Below, piece after piece: positions 30,171 to 39,895 of a stretch of 64,000 nt of DNA. The DNA is taken from positions 191,273-255,272 of the forward strand of contig JBCCHT010000013.1 in assembly GCA_039028615.1 (NCBI GenBank), read 5' to 3'. Position 1 is the first letter of the stretch; each line of letters starts with the position of its first letter. The position numbers and the translations under genes were made by a program. This DNA comes from Myxococcota bacterium. GTDB lineage: Bacteria > Myxococcota_A > Polyangia > Nannocystales > Nannocystaceae. The notes beneath the pieces were generated by a model. It saw nothing but the letters and a program-made list of their open reading frames with translations. It searched no databases and was not told the origin of the DNA.

Positions 30171-31286
30171 TCACTCGCCGGTCGACGAGGCGAGCGGCGC
30201 GGATTCGGAGCTGCTGACCGGCGACACGGCGGCGGAATCGGCCGCCGCTGCGCTGGGGTCGGCCAGCTGGGGCGCGGTCATGGCCTCGGAGCCGACCGAG
30301 CCGAGCTGGCGCGCGGGCGCGATGATGTCCTCGGAGAAGCCCTTGGTGGCACGAATGGAGAACACTTCGCGCGGCGTGATGGTGGTGCGCACGAGCAGCT
30401 CGCCCACCAGGCCGATGCCGATGAACTGCACGGCCGACAGCGTCAGCAGCACGCCCAAGGTGAGCAGCGGGCGATTGCCGATGGGCTCGCCCATGAACCA
30501 CAGCACGGTGAGGTACGCGAGCAGCAAGAAGCCCACGCCACCGCTGGCGGCCCCGAGCACCCCGAAGAAGTGCAGCGGGCGGGTGCGGTAGCGCGTCACC
30601 ATGAGCACGGTGAGCAGGTCGAGGAAGCCATCGAAGAAGCGGCCGATGCCGAACTTCGACACGCCATGCTGGCGGGCGCGATGCTGCACCACCAGCTGCT
30701 CGACGGAGAAGCCCTTCCACCCCGCGAGCACGGGCAGGAAGCGGTGGAACCCGCCGTAGACCGACAGCTCGCGGATGCACTCGATGCGGTACGCCTTGTA
30801 GCCGCAGTTGAAGTCCATCAGCTGCACACCGCTGACTCGACGCACGACGGCGTTGAAGATCTTGGAGGGCGCGGTCTTGTCGAGGGGGTCGTGGCGGCGA
30901 CGCTTCCAGCCCGAGACGAGGTCGGCCCCCGCTTCGATCCGCGCGACGAACTCGGGGATCATCGAGGGGTCGTCCTGGAGGTCGGCGTCGAGGGTCATCA
31001 CGATCTGGCCCTCGACGCGCTCGAAGGCGGCGTTGAGGGCGGGTGACTTCCCGAAGTTCTTGCGGAAGTGAACCACGCGGCAGTGCGAGTCCATGTCCGT
31101 CAGCTCGTCGAGCCGGGCGGAGGAGCCGTCGGTACTGCCGTCGTCGACGAAGAGCAGCTCGTAGGGGCGGCCCAGGGCCGACAGCGCTGCGGTGAGCTCG
31201 TCATGCAGCTGCCCCAACGAGTCGACCTCGTTGTAGACCGGGATCACGATCGAGATCTCCGGAGGGCGGTGGGCTGGCGCGTTCAC
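30171..31286 (-). CDS. GT2 polyprenyl-phosphate glycosyltransferase (ArnC/GtrB/DPM1-like)
   Basis: ISIVIPVYNE, FVDDGSTDG, NFGKSPA, LDADLQDDP, DFNCGYKAYR and HRFLP; two C-terminal TM helices. Confidence 0.88.
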   Translation of the reverse strand: MNAPAHRPPEISIVIPVYNEVDSLGQLHDELTAALSALGRPYELLFVDDGSTDGSSARLDELTDMDSHCRVVHFRKNFGKSPALNAAFERVEGQIVMTLDADLQDDPSMIPEFVARIEAGADLVSGWKRRRHDPLDKTAPSKIFNAVVRRVSGVQLMDFNCGYKAYRIECIRELSVYGGFHRFLPVLAGWKGFSVEQLVVQHRARQHGVSKFGIGRFFDGFLDLLTVLMVTRYRTRPLHFFGVLGAASGGVGFLLLAYLTVLWFMGEPIGNRPLLTLGVLLTLSAVQFIGIGLVGELLVRTTITPREVFSIRATKGFSEDIIAPARQLGSVGSEAMTAPQLADPSAAAADSAAVSPVSSSESAPLASSTGE

Positions 31287-31329
31287 GGTCGGCAGAGACT
31301 ACCCCAAAGCACGGGCGCGTCTAGAGGCT

Positions 31330-32268
31330 TTAGTCTCCGACGCCCGCGCAGGGGTCGTCCTCGTCCAGCGTGTCCCCCGGATAGTGGAGGATTCGCACGG
31401 GCAGGGCGTCGGGTAGCTCTCCGCGCAGCGAGGCACGGAGTTCGACGGAGGCGGCGTGCCGCTCGTCGAAGTACTCCACGCGGACATGGTGCATGCCGGC
31501 CGCGAGCGGGCGTTCGCCGCCGCGAGAGCGCTCGCCGTGTCGGCCCCAGTTGTCGACGACCTCTTCGCCGTCGACGTATAGCCGCGAGCCGTCGTCGGAG
31601 ATCAGCTGAAATGCGATCTCGAGGTCTTCGGACAGCTCCATGCAGGTATCCCAGCGGATCGAGAAACCATCGTCGGGCAGCGCGGGGTCGGGGCTGCGGC
31701 GCTTCCAGTCGTACTTGATGTCGCCGTCGCGGCGCACGAGCACGGGGTCGCCCGTCAGCTCGACGTTGTCGAAGTAGGCCGCGCGCCAGGGGCCTTCGCG
31801 GTAGTCGGGCACGGTCAGGACGAGCGCAACGACGACGGGGATCAGCACGAGCACGGCCATGCCGAGGCGGCGCAGCCAAAGGTGTCGGCGATCGCGACGG
31901 AGGGTCGGGGCGAAGCGTTCGTCCTGGGCGCGCCCCAGCGCGCGTCCCAGCGCCGTGCTGAGCCGCAGCAGCGTGGCTGCATCCGCGGGGCCATCGTCGT
32001 CGACCCGTGCCAGCGCGGCCGCGATGGGCTCGGGGTCGTCGACCCAGGGCACGGCGCCCGCGGCGAGAGCCTGCGCCGGATCATCGGCATCCGCCCCCGC
32101 GGCGTCGACGAGGGCCGACCACCCGCGGCGAAGGTGAGTGGCGGCGGTCCACGGGGGCACGGCGGCGTCGTCGAGCAACGACGCCGCGGCCTGACCGTGG
32201 GCTCGTGCCCGTTCGAATGCACCTCGGCCGTGGGCATCCGTCGCGGTCGGCGATGACTCGGTGCTCAT
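31330..32268 (-). CDS. Membrane-anchored PA14-domain protein
   Basis: One TM, then WRAAYFDN, DGFSIRW, SDDGSRLYVDGEEVVDNW and GMHHVRVEYF; ATG 32268 overlaps the upstream stop. Confidence 0.8.
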   Translation of the reverse strand: MSTESSPTATDAHGRGAFERARAHGQAAASLLDDAAVPPWTAATHLRRGWSALVDAAGADADDPAQALAAGAVPWVDDPEPIAAALARVDDDGPADAATLLRLSTALGRALGRAQDERFAPTLRRDRRHLWLRRLGMAVLVLIPVVVALVLTVPDYREGPWRAAYFDNVELTGDPVLVRRDGDIKYDWKRRSPDPALPDDGFSIRWDTCMELSEDLEIAFQLISDDGSRLYVDGEEVVDNWGRHGERSRGGERPLAAGMHHVRVEYFDERHAASVELRASLRGELPDALPVRILHYPGDTLDEDDPCAGVGD

Positions 32269-33980
32269 GGTGATGAATCCGGGGGCGAGGAGGGGCGAGG
32301 GCGCAGGGGCGGGGGGAGCTTCTCGCGGCCCTTTTCGAGGTCGCGGACCAACAGCAGCACCGAGTCCATCCGCTCGACGCGGAGCGTCTCGGGAGCGGCG
32401 TCGAAGCGCAGGTGGCAGTCGGACCGGGTATAGCCCAAGTAAAAGCGCGGGTAGTCGGCGGCCTTGTCCACCCACACCAGGCCGCCCTCGATGTAGTTGC
32501 GGGCGACCAGCTCGGGGATGCAGCCGGCCACCGTGTAGCGGCGATCGAGGAACCGCTCGCGGTCGACCTCCCACAGGTGTTCTTGCAGCGCGCGGAAGCC
32601 CTCTTTGTACGACGCGCCGTAGTAGTCGGTGTCGTAGTTGCCCGAGGCCCCCCGCAGGCCGCCGATCAGCTCGTTGAAGTAGATGTACTGGTAGGGGTGC
32701 AGCTGCACCATCGCCTGGACCTGGCGCGCGAGCATGCCGGTCAGCGACAGCGCGAGCACGGCCACCACGGCGACGCGAGCCCGCATGACGAGGCGAGGCA
32801 GCACCACGGCCGTCACCGCCGCGACGACCACGATGGGGGGCACGAGGAACAGAAAGTGCCGCAGGCCGTCATAGACCACCGACTGCACGACGACCGCATA
32901 GGCTGGGGGCGCGAGGATGGCCGCGCCCATTACCAGCACCACGTTGCGGCGCACCCGGCTGATGCCATCGAGCCCGCCCGCACGCCGTAGCGCCCACACC
33001 ATGAGCACGATGCCGGTCACGACGAGCACGAGCACGGGCAGCGGGAGCTTGAGGCCGAAGTAGTGCAGCAGGTAGTCCCAGCGCGGCTCGGTAGTGAGCA
33101 TGTCCTGCCCCGCGAAGGGCATGGTGCGGGTGTGCACGGTGAACCGGCTCATGCGGCCGAGTGCCATCCACGGTCGACGAACGGGATCGAGCAGCGCCCA
33201 GGGCCAAGTGCTGAGCATCACCACCCACGCTCCGAGCATGGACAGCGCGGCGGGACGGCCGAGGCGGCGGGCGGTGGCGATGCCGGCGTCGAGGCTCCGG
33301 GTGCGTCGCGCTCGGAGCCAGGCCAGGCCCACCACCGTCGAGCCCAGGTACACCAGCAGCAGGATGCCCGCGATGCGGACCCCCATGGCCAGGCCAGCCA
33401 ACACGGCGAAGCGGATCCACACCCGTCGCGGGACGCGTGGCTGATGCTGGAGGAGCTCGACGAGTGCATCGAGGGCCCAGACGTAGCCGACCGCGAAGGG
33501 CAGGTCCTTGGGGTTGGCGAACATGTGCCCGTAGTAGACGGGCGTGGTGGCCAGCAGGGCGACGGCGATGAAGCCCGCGGCCGGCCCGGCGAGACGGCTG
33601 CCCAGGCGGTGGACCCCCCACAGCCCGAGCACGCCGATGAGCGCTCCGAACAGGTGGATGGTCTCGAAGTCCGACATCGGCGAGAGCCGACGCAGCAGGG
33701 CGCCCGCCAGGTCGAAGCCGCCGCCGTAGAGGTAGTCGATGCGATAGCAGAGCGCCGAGGTATCGTCGCCGCCGGTCGAGAACCACGACAGGATGTGGTC
33801 GCCGTAGACGAGGTGCCAGGTCTCGTCCCAGGTGACGCCGTAGTCGCGGAAGGTGGCGAACACCACCGCGAGTACGACCGCCATGAGGCCGGCGGAGCCG
33901 AGGTCGAAGGCCGTCTGCCACCCGCGGGGCAGGGCGGGGCCCCACGGCGGGCGGGGCGACGATCGGCCGGCCTCGGTCAT
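32265..33980 (-). CDS. GT-C fold membrane glycosyltransferase (ArnT/PMT_2-like)
   Basis: DYGVTWDE acidic motif after the first TM, YGHMFANPKDLPFA, many TM helices, YDGLRHFLF, HPYQYIYFNEL and DTDYYG. Confidence 0.75.
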   Translation of the reverse strand: MTEAGRSSPRPPWGPALPRGWQTAFDLGSAGLMAVVLAVVFATFRDYGVTWDETWHLVYGDHILSWFSTGGDDTSALCYRIDYLYGGGFDLAGALLRRLSPMSDFETIHLFGALIGVLGLWGVHRLGSRLAGPAAGFIAVALLATTPVYYGHMFANPKDLPFAVGYVWALDALVELLQHQPRVPRRVWIRFAVLAGLAMGVRIAGILLLVYLGSTVVGLAWLRARRTRSLDAGIATARRLGRPAALSMLGAWVVMLSTWPWALLDPVRRPWMALGRMSRFTVHTRTMPFAGQDMLTTEPRWDYLLHYFGLKLPLPVLVLVVTGIVLMVWALRRAGGLDGISRVRRNVVLVMGAAILAPPAYAVVVQSVVYDGLRHFLFLVPPIVVVAAVTAVVLPRLVMRARVAVVAVLALSLTGMLARQVQAMVQLHPYQYIYFNELIGGLRGASGNYDTDYYGASYKEGFRALQEHLWEVDRERFLDRRYTVAGCIPELVARNYIEGGLVWVDKAADYPRFYLGYTRSDCHLRFDAAPETLRVERMDSVLLLVRDLEKGREKLPPPLRPRPSSPPDSSP

Positions 33981-33987
33981 CGGAGAC

Positions 33988-34587
33988 TCAGTTCGTTCGC
34001 TCGGCCAGCAGCATCGTCCACGGGGCCACGTAGGGCGCGGCCAGGATGCGGAAGCGTTGCTCCACGAAGCGCTTGAACCCGCGGCGGCCCCAGTGGTTGA
34101 TGTGCTCGGGGTCGTTACCCCAGGCACCGATGTGCTTGCCTCGCATGAAGTTCAGGCCGCGGAACATCGGCTCCCACGGCACGGACAGCAGCAGGTAGCG
34201 CGAAGTGAGCTGCTCGAGGATGGGCAGCATCTGCTCGGGCTCCGGGATGTGCTCGAGGACCTCGAGCATCATGACCAGGTCGAAGACCCGGCCATCCGCG
34301 GCCAGCTCTCGGGCGTCGCGCTGCTCGAGCACGGCGCGGGTTCCCAGGCGCTGACGCGCGTCGTCGATGGCGGGCCCGGAGAAGTCGACGCCGGTCAGCG
34401 AGGCCGTGACTCCGGCCTTGCTCAGCGTGTCGAGCATGTAGCCCTCGCCGCAGCCGACCTCGAGGATGGACTCGGGACGAACCTGGTTGACCAGGGTGAT
34501 GGCCTGCGACTTGAAGCGATGAATGAGCGCCCGCTGAATGGGGTTGTTGCTCTCGTGCTTTTGCTTGTTTCCGTAGTTGGAGGCCAT
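33988..34587 (-). CDS. Class I SAM-dependent methyltransferase
   Basis: ILEVGCGEG, GVDFS, FDLVMMLEVLEHI and SVP. Confidence 0.85.
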   Translation of the reverse strand: MASNYGNKQKHESNNPIQRALIHRFKSQAITLVNQVRPESILEVGCGEGYMLDTLSKAGVTASLTGVDFSGPAIDDARQRLGTRAVLEQRDARELAADGRVFDLVMMLEVLEHIPEPEQMLPILEQLTSRYLLLSVPWEPMFRGLNFMRGKHIGAWGNDPEHINHWGRRGFKRFVEQRFRILAAPYVAPWTMLLAERTN

Positions 34588-34655
34588 GGGAACTTTGTGG
34601 GGCCCGGCGAGGGATCAGAGTAGGAGGGCGAGACAGAGGCGTCGACCGAGCGGGG

Positions 34656-37370
34656 TCAGCCGCCCTCGGATCCGGCGGCTGCATCGGGCTCGTCGTCGTC
34701 GGACTTGGCGGCCTCGGCGGTGTCGCGCGCGTCCTCGTCGTCTTGGTCTTTTTCGCGGCGAGCGGGCTCGGGCGCGTCGCGATCACCGACGTTGTCGTCT
34801 TCGGCCGGCGGGGTGTCGGCCTCGACGTCGTCCTTGGTGGGGTCTTCGCCTTCCGGCTTGGAGCGCCGGTCGACGCGCGGCTTCATCTCGTCCTTCGCCT
34901 TGCCTTTGCCGCGGGCGCGCGGTCGCTCGTCGCGGGCATCGACCTTGATCGCGCCTTCTTCGGGCCACGGCTCGGGCTCCCCCTTGAGGCGGATGTACAG
35001 GTGGTAGCCGCGGTTCTTGAGCTTGCGGATGCGTCGGCGCTTGGCCGCCATGCGGAAGCCCTTGGGCAGACGCCGACCGAGGTTCTTGCCGCACGCGGGG
35101 TCGATGACGGCGAAGGTCGCCGCCTTGGTCAGCGCGATCGCTTCGGCCTTGTTGCTGGCGGCCAGGCGAGGCTCGGGGAAGTCTTGTCCGTCGGGCCCGA
35201 AGATCGGCACGTGCATGTCGCGGACGCGGTACAGCCCCGAGGGGTAGCCCTTGTCGCGGCAGCCCAGCACCGCCACCGTGTCTTCGAAGTCCTCTTCAGC
35301 CTCGGGCGGCTCGGGCGGGAGCTCGGCCACCCAGGTGTTGCTGAACTTCTTGCGCTTGACCGTCAGGCGCAGCGCCATGTCGAAGAACATGAGGTCGCCA
35401 GCCACCGTGTCCCACGAGCGGCTCTTTTGGTGGACCCAGAACAGGTGGGTGATGCCGAGGTCTTTGTAGGCATCGTAGACCTCGCGCGGCGAGTGCATGA
35501 GGCCGTAGCTCAGCCCGAACTGGTAGGTCTGGAAGTCCGAGTAGGTGGGCACGCCCGTGCCCAGGTGCGGATGAATCTCGTGGACGATGAGCCGCGAGCC
35601 TTCCGGCATGTACTTGCCGATGTCGCCGAACTGCTTTTGCGTGCGCAGCCGCGTCTCCATCTTCTTTGGATCGCGGGAGGCGGCAAAGAGCTTGGTGACC
35701 CGCGACAGCATGTTGCGGTGCAGGAAGTACACGTCGCCGCCCCAGACGATCTGGGCCGCGACGAGGGCCACCACTGCGATTTTTACTCGGCTGCGCCAGG
35801 CCACGATGATGGCGGCTGCGGTCCAGGCCGCCATCCAGGGCATGAGCACCTGCAGGTAGCGGTCCTGGGGCAGCACCCGGAACCACATGATGATGCCGAT
35901 GTGGATCCAGGCCGCGACGATCCACAGCCGCTTGGTGCCCCGGCAAAAGAGCATGACCGGCAGCAGCATCGTCAGCAGCGAGCCGATGACGGGGCGCTTG
36001 CCGTGGAACGAGGACCAGTCGTGCGGGATGAACGACCAGGTGAACAGCACCTTGGCCGTCTCGAGCAGCTTGTTCTCGTCGGGGTCTTTCCACAGCGCGA
36101 ACTGGTAGTCGTAAAAACCCCAGGTGATGAGGTAGTCGGAGTCCGCGCTCCAGGGCTGCAGGTCGAGGTGCTTGTAGAAGTTGGGGTAGAGCGGGTCGCC
36201 GTACCACAGGATGTTCTTGAGCCACAGCGGCGACGACACGGTCAGGCCGACGACGGCGATGGCCAAGAACGCGGGGATCCAGCGGTGGCGCGAGAAGAAC
36301 GGGCCCGACTGGCCGCGTGCCTTCCACGCCTGCATGCCCGCGCCGACCAGCAGCACCACCGCCGCGCTGGGGATGGTGACCGCGGCCGCGGTTTCCTTGG
36401 TGAGCAGGATGCCCGCGCTCATCATGCCCAGCAGCACCGCGTAGCGCACGTTGAAGTGGCGGCGCAGCACGTCGTGGGTGACGATGAAGATGGGGATGGC
36501 GAACACCGCGGCGACATGATCGGCGCCGATGCTCAGGTTGGAGTCGTACAGGAAGATGCCCGGGAACAGGAACCGGGCCACCCACACCGTCTTGGGATCG
36601 GCGTCCGGTACGATGCGGCGCACCATGGCCGGGACGCCCACCATGGTGGTGGCGGCGAAGATCACGAACTCGATGTGCCCGCACAGGGTGATGCGGTCGA
36701 ATAGCTCGCTCTCGGGCAGCATGAACGCCCAGGTGTACAGGTAGCTGGCGAAGTGCGGCCGCGAGGCGAACATCCAGCCCTGATCGAAGCGGAAGATGCC
36801 GCCGTGCGACGCGAAGCTCTCGGCGATGGCCAGGTGCTTCCATCGCGAGTCGAACATCACGTTGTCTGGCGTCAGCACCCCGGCGTAGATCATCAGCCAG
36901 GCGTACATGCCGAAGATGATGATCCCGAGCGTCCACAGGCCGCGGACGTCGAGCGGGGACAGCCGCCGCAGCCGGGGCAGCAGCTGCCGCTTCATCTTCA
37001 TCAGCCGCGGCAGGCCGATGCCCAGCATCAGCATGGGCAGAACGTAGAACAGGATCGCGCCGTACAGCTGCAGGATGCCGCCCACGAACAGGGCCAGGCC
37101 GAAGATCAGCAGCCCCGTGCAGAAGCTGACGAAGGTGTGGGCATAGATGCCGCGGATCCGACCCACCAGGCGCGTGACCACCAGGTCGCCCGTGCCCAGG
37201 CTGCCCAGGCACATCACGATGCACCACGCCCAGTAGCGGAGGTATCGCCAGAACAGCCAGTCCTCGATGGCGTAGTGCTTCTCCATCACGCCGATGAACA
37301 AGCCGCCGAGACCCAGCAGGATCACGGTGAGGACGAGGCGCTTCCACAGCTCGGGCGGTTGTTCGCGCAT
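34656..37370 (-). CDS. Large polytopic membrane protein, probable GT-C glycosyltransferase
   Basis: More than 10 hydrophobic segments, loop motif PDNVMFDSRWKHL, WLKNILWYGDPLYP and QDRYL; periplasmic C-domain and charged tail. Alternative start at 37394. Confidence 0.6.
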   Translation of the reverse strand: MREQPPELWKRLVLTVILLGLGGLFIGVMEKHYAIEDWLFWRYLRYWAWCIVMCLGSLGTGDLVVTRLVGRIRGIYAHTFVSFCTGLLIFGLALFVGGILQLYGAILFYVLPMLMLGIGLPRLMKMKRQLLPRLRRLSPLDVRGLWTLGIIIFGMYAWLMIYAGVLTPDNVMFDSRWKHLAIAESFASHGGIFRFDQGWMFASRPHFASYLYTWAFMLPESELFDRITLCGHIEFVIFAATTMVGVPAMVRRIVPDADPKTVWVARFLFPGIFLYDSNLSIGADHVAAVFAIPIFIVTHDVLRRHFNVRYAVLLGMMSAGILLTKETAAAVTIPSAAVVLLVGAGMQAWKARGQSGPFFSRHRWIPAFLAIAVVGLTVSSPLWLKNILWYGDPLYPNFYKHLDLQPWSADSDYLITWGFYDYQFALWKDPDENKLLETAKVLFTWSFIPHDWSSFHGKRPVIGSLLTMLLPVMLFCRGTKRLWIVAAWIHIGIIMWFRVLPQDRYLQVLMPWMAAWTAAAIIVAWRSRVKIAVVALVAAQIVWGGDVYFLHRNMLSRVTKLFAASRDPKKMETRLRTQKQFGDIGKYMPEGSRLIVHEIHPHLGTGVPTYSDFQTYQFGLSYGLMHSPREVYDAYKDLGITHLFWVHQKSRSWDTVAGDLMFFDMALRLTVKRKKFSNTWVAELPPEPPEAEEDFEDTVAVLGCRDKGYPSGLYRVRDMHVPIFGPDGQDFPEPRLAASNKAEAIALTKAATFAVIDPACGKNLGRRLPKGFRMAAKRRRIRKLKNRGYHLYIRLKGEPEPWPEEGAIKVDARDERPRARGKGKAKDEMKPRVDRRSKPEGEDPTKDDVEADTPPAEDDNVGDRDAPEPARREKDQDDEDARDTAEAAKSDDDEPDAAAGSEGG

Positions 37371-37377
37371 TTGAATC

Positions 37378-38454
37378 TCACTCTTCGCCGGCATCGACGG
37401 CCAGGACTCGATCGATCACCCACTGGGTGTACTCGTCGGTCGCCTCGCACGTGATGTGGTCGACGTTTTGTAGCTTGTCGCCATCGAAGCCCAGGGCCGA
37501 GTCGACGACGTGGACCTCGGGATAGTCCTTGATGAAGCGACGCAGGTTCTTCACCTGGCGGTCGAAGTACTTCTTGAACTCGGGCTTGATCCGCAGCCGC
37601 TCGTAGACGGGGCCGTTGACCACGTAGACCTCGAACTCGTGCTCACGCGCCAGCTCGGCGATGGCTTTGAGCGCGGCCTGGTTGTCCTTGGAGATCCGGG
37701 GGCGACGCTTGCGAACGAAGCGCATGTGGCCCCGGGCGTCGCGCTTGAGCGCCTTGGTCGCCGCGCCGCACATGCGCACGAAGCCGGAGTCCATCAGCTC
37801 CGGGTCCTCGATGGGCAGCGCCCGGTCTTTGCGGCGAATCTCGGCGAGCTCTTCCTCGTCGCTGACCATCCGCAGGTAGGCGTACTCGATGCTCTTGCGC
37901 AGCGAGGTCCGCTCTGCGAACAGCCGCACGTAACGGTTGAGGAAGATGTCGCGCCGCTCTTCTTCGTCGAAGTCGTAGGTCTCGGCCGTCTCGTCGCTCA
38001 GCACCCACTTGCGGGGGATTCGACCGATGAGGTTGGCCTTGAGCCGCCGATGCCACACGTCATAGACGTGGATCAGCAGGACCTTCTCCGGGGGGCCGAA
38101 GCGGTCGATGTACTCCTCGAGCATCCACAGGTCGTCGGAGAGCCCGTAGTTGCCGATGGTGCCGAGGTTGATGGCGGACTTGTCGAGCCGGTCCTCGAGT
38201 ACGGCGGGGTCGAAGCCCTGCGAGCCCGAGGAGTCGCCGAGCATCACCCAGTCGACGGGCTCGTCGAGCTTGCTCAGCACCCGCCACTTGTGGGCGATGT
38301 AGACGTAGCCGAGGTTGGTGCCCTTGGTGTCGAGGAAGCGCCCCACGCCCCATTCCGCCGCGAGCACGGTCAGCGCCATGACGACGATGACCACCAGCAC
38401 CCGCAGGGGCCCGGTCTCGGGGGTCGTTCGTTCCTCGTATCCTCGCTCGAGCAT
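37378..38454 (-). CDS. Membrane-anchored SGNH-like protein (AlgJ/DltD-like O-acyl transfer partner)
   Basis: One N-terminal TM, MLGDSSG, AINLG and C-terminal NVDHIT; directly downstream of the MBOAT gene. Confidence 0.6.
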   Translation of the reverse strand: MLERGYEERTTPETGPLRVLVVIVVMALTVLAAEWGVGRFLDTKGTNLGYVYIAHKWRVLSKLDEPVDWVMLGDSSGSQGFDPAVLEDRLDKSAINLGTIGNYGLSDDLWMLEEYIDRFGPPEKVLLIHVYDVWHRRLKANLIGRIPRKWVLSDETAETYDFDEEERRDIFLNRYVRLFAERTSLRKSIEYAYLRMVSDEEELAEIRRKDRALPIEDPELMDSGFVRMCGAATKALKRDARGHMRFVRKRRPRISKDNQAALKAIAELAREHEFEVYVVNGPVYERLRIKPEFKKYFDRQVKNLRRFIKDYPEVHVVDSALGFDGDKLQNVDHITCEATDEYTQWVIDRVLAVDAGEE

Positions 38455-38466
38455 GGTCGTGGTCGC

Positions 38467-39879
38467 TCAGAACTGGAAGTAGATGAACTCGATGCTCTCG
38501 CCGGTCGCAAACGCGACGCAGCAGGCGATGAACAAGCCGTAGAGCACGCCGCGCAGCAGCACGGGCAGGCGCAAGGCCACGAGTAGGTCGTCGGAGATGG
38601 CCTGGGCCAGCTGCATGAGCAGCACGGGGGCCCACAGGGCGGCCAGGATGACGGCGGTGAGCCCGACCTCGGCCTCGGTCGAGGTGAAGGCCCCGTCGAG
38701 GAACGCCTGCAGGTCGGCCATGGTCTGCACGCGGAACAGCACCCAGCCCCCGACCGTCAGCGGGAACATCACGCTCATGCGCAGCAGGTCGGCCCACAGC
38801 GTCTTGCGGGGCAGCCACGGCCCCCGCACGGCGCCCGCGAGGCGGAAGACGATGAGCAGCGTGCCGTGGTAGGCCCCCCACAGCACGAAGTGCCAGGCCG
38901 CCCCGTGCCACAGCCCGCCCAGCAGCATGGTGAGGAACAGGTTGCGGTAGGTCCCGACCGCGCCGCCGCGGTTGCCCCCCAGCGGGATGTACAGGTAGTC
39001 GCGTAGCCAGCTCGACAGCGACACGTGCCAGCGCCGCCAGAAGTCGCTGGGGCTGACCGCGAAATAGGGCAGCTTGAAGTTGACCATGAGCTCGAAGCCC
39101 ATGGTCTTGGCCAAGCCGCGCGCGATGTCGGAGTAGCCGGAGAAGTCGCCGTAGATCTGGATGGTGAAGGCCAGGGCGCCGAGCCACAGCTCCATGCCCT
39201 GGTGGCTCGCCGCGTCGTCGAACACCGCGTTGGCGATGACCGCCGCGTTGTCGGCCACGACCACCTTCTTGAACAGGCCCCACAGCACCAGGAACAGGCC
39301 CGCCTCGAGCCCGGCGGTGGTGATGCTTCGCTTCTGCCTCACCTGGGGCAGGAAGCGGCTGCTCCGCTCGATGGGTCCCGCCACCAGCTGGGGGAAGAAG
39401 GCCACGTAGACCGCGAAATCCAGCGGGTTGCGGCTCGCCTTCGTCTCGCCCCGGTAGACGTCGATGCTGTAGCTCATCGACTGGAATGTGTAGAAGCTGA
39501 TGCCGACCGGCAGCACCCACTCGAGCGAGGGCATGGCCGCTTCCATGCCCACCATGGCGAGCGCTTCGCCCAGGCTGCCCAAGAAGAAATCGAAGTACTT
39601 GAACGCGGCCAGGATGCCGAGGTTGCTGACGCACGACACCGCCACCCAGCGCTTGCGCTTGGCGTCGTCCTCCTCGTCCGCGATCTTCAGGCCGGCGACG
39701 TAGTCGATGGCCGTCGACAGGACGATGAGCCCCAGGAACTTCCAGTTCCACCAGCCATAGAACACGTAGCTGGCGATGAGCAGCACCAGGTTCTGCAGCA
39801 CCAGCTTCCGCGACGTGACCCAATAGGCCGCGAAGGTCGCAGCAAAGAAGGCGAGGAAGACCCAGGAGTTGAACAGCAT
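38467..39879 (-). CDS. MBOAT O-acyltransferase (AlgI/DltB family)
   Basis: MLFNS start, LPVGISFYTFQ, FFPQLVAGPI, DFSGYSDIA, FWRRWHVSLSSWLRDYLYIPLGG, GLWHGA and terminal FIYFQF. Confidence 0.92.
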   Translation of the reverse strand: MLFNSWVFLAFFAATFAAYWVTSRKLVLQNLVLLIASYVFYGWWNWKFLGLIVLSTAIDYVAGLKIADEEDDAKRKRWVAVSCVSNLGILAAFKYFDFFLGSLGEALAMVGMEAAMPSLEWVLPVGISFYTFQSMSYSIDVYRGETKASRNPLDFAVYVAFFPQLVAGPIERSSRFLPQVRQKRSITTAGLEAGLFLVLWGLFKKVVVADNAAVIANAVFDDAASHQGMELWLGALAFTIQIYGDFSGYSDIARGLAKTMGFELMVNFKLPYFAVSPSDFWRRWHVSLSSWLRDYLYIPLGGNRGGAVGTYRNLFLTMLLGGLWHGAAWHFVLWGAYHGTLLIVFRLAGAVRGPWLPRKTLWADLLRMSVMFPLTVGGWVLFRVQTMADLQAFLDGAFTSTEAEVGLTAVILAALWAPVLLMQLAQAISDDLLVALRLPVLLRGVLYGLFIACCVAFATGESIEFIYFQF

Positions 39880-39895
39880 CGCGGCCCGCTCCCGT

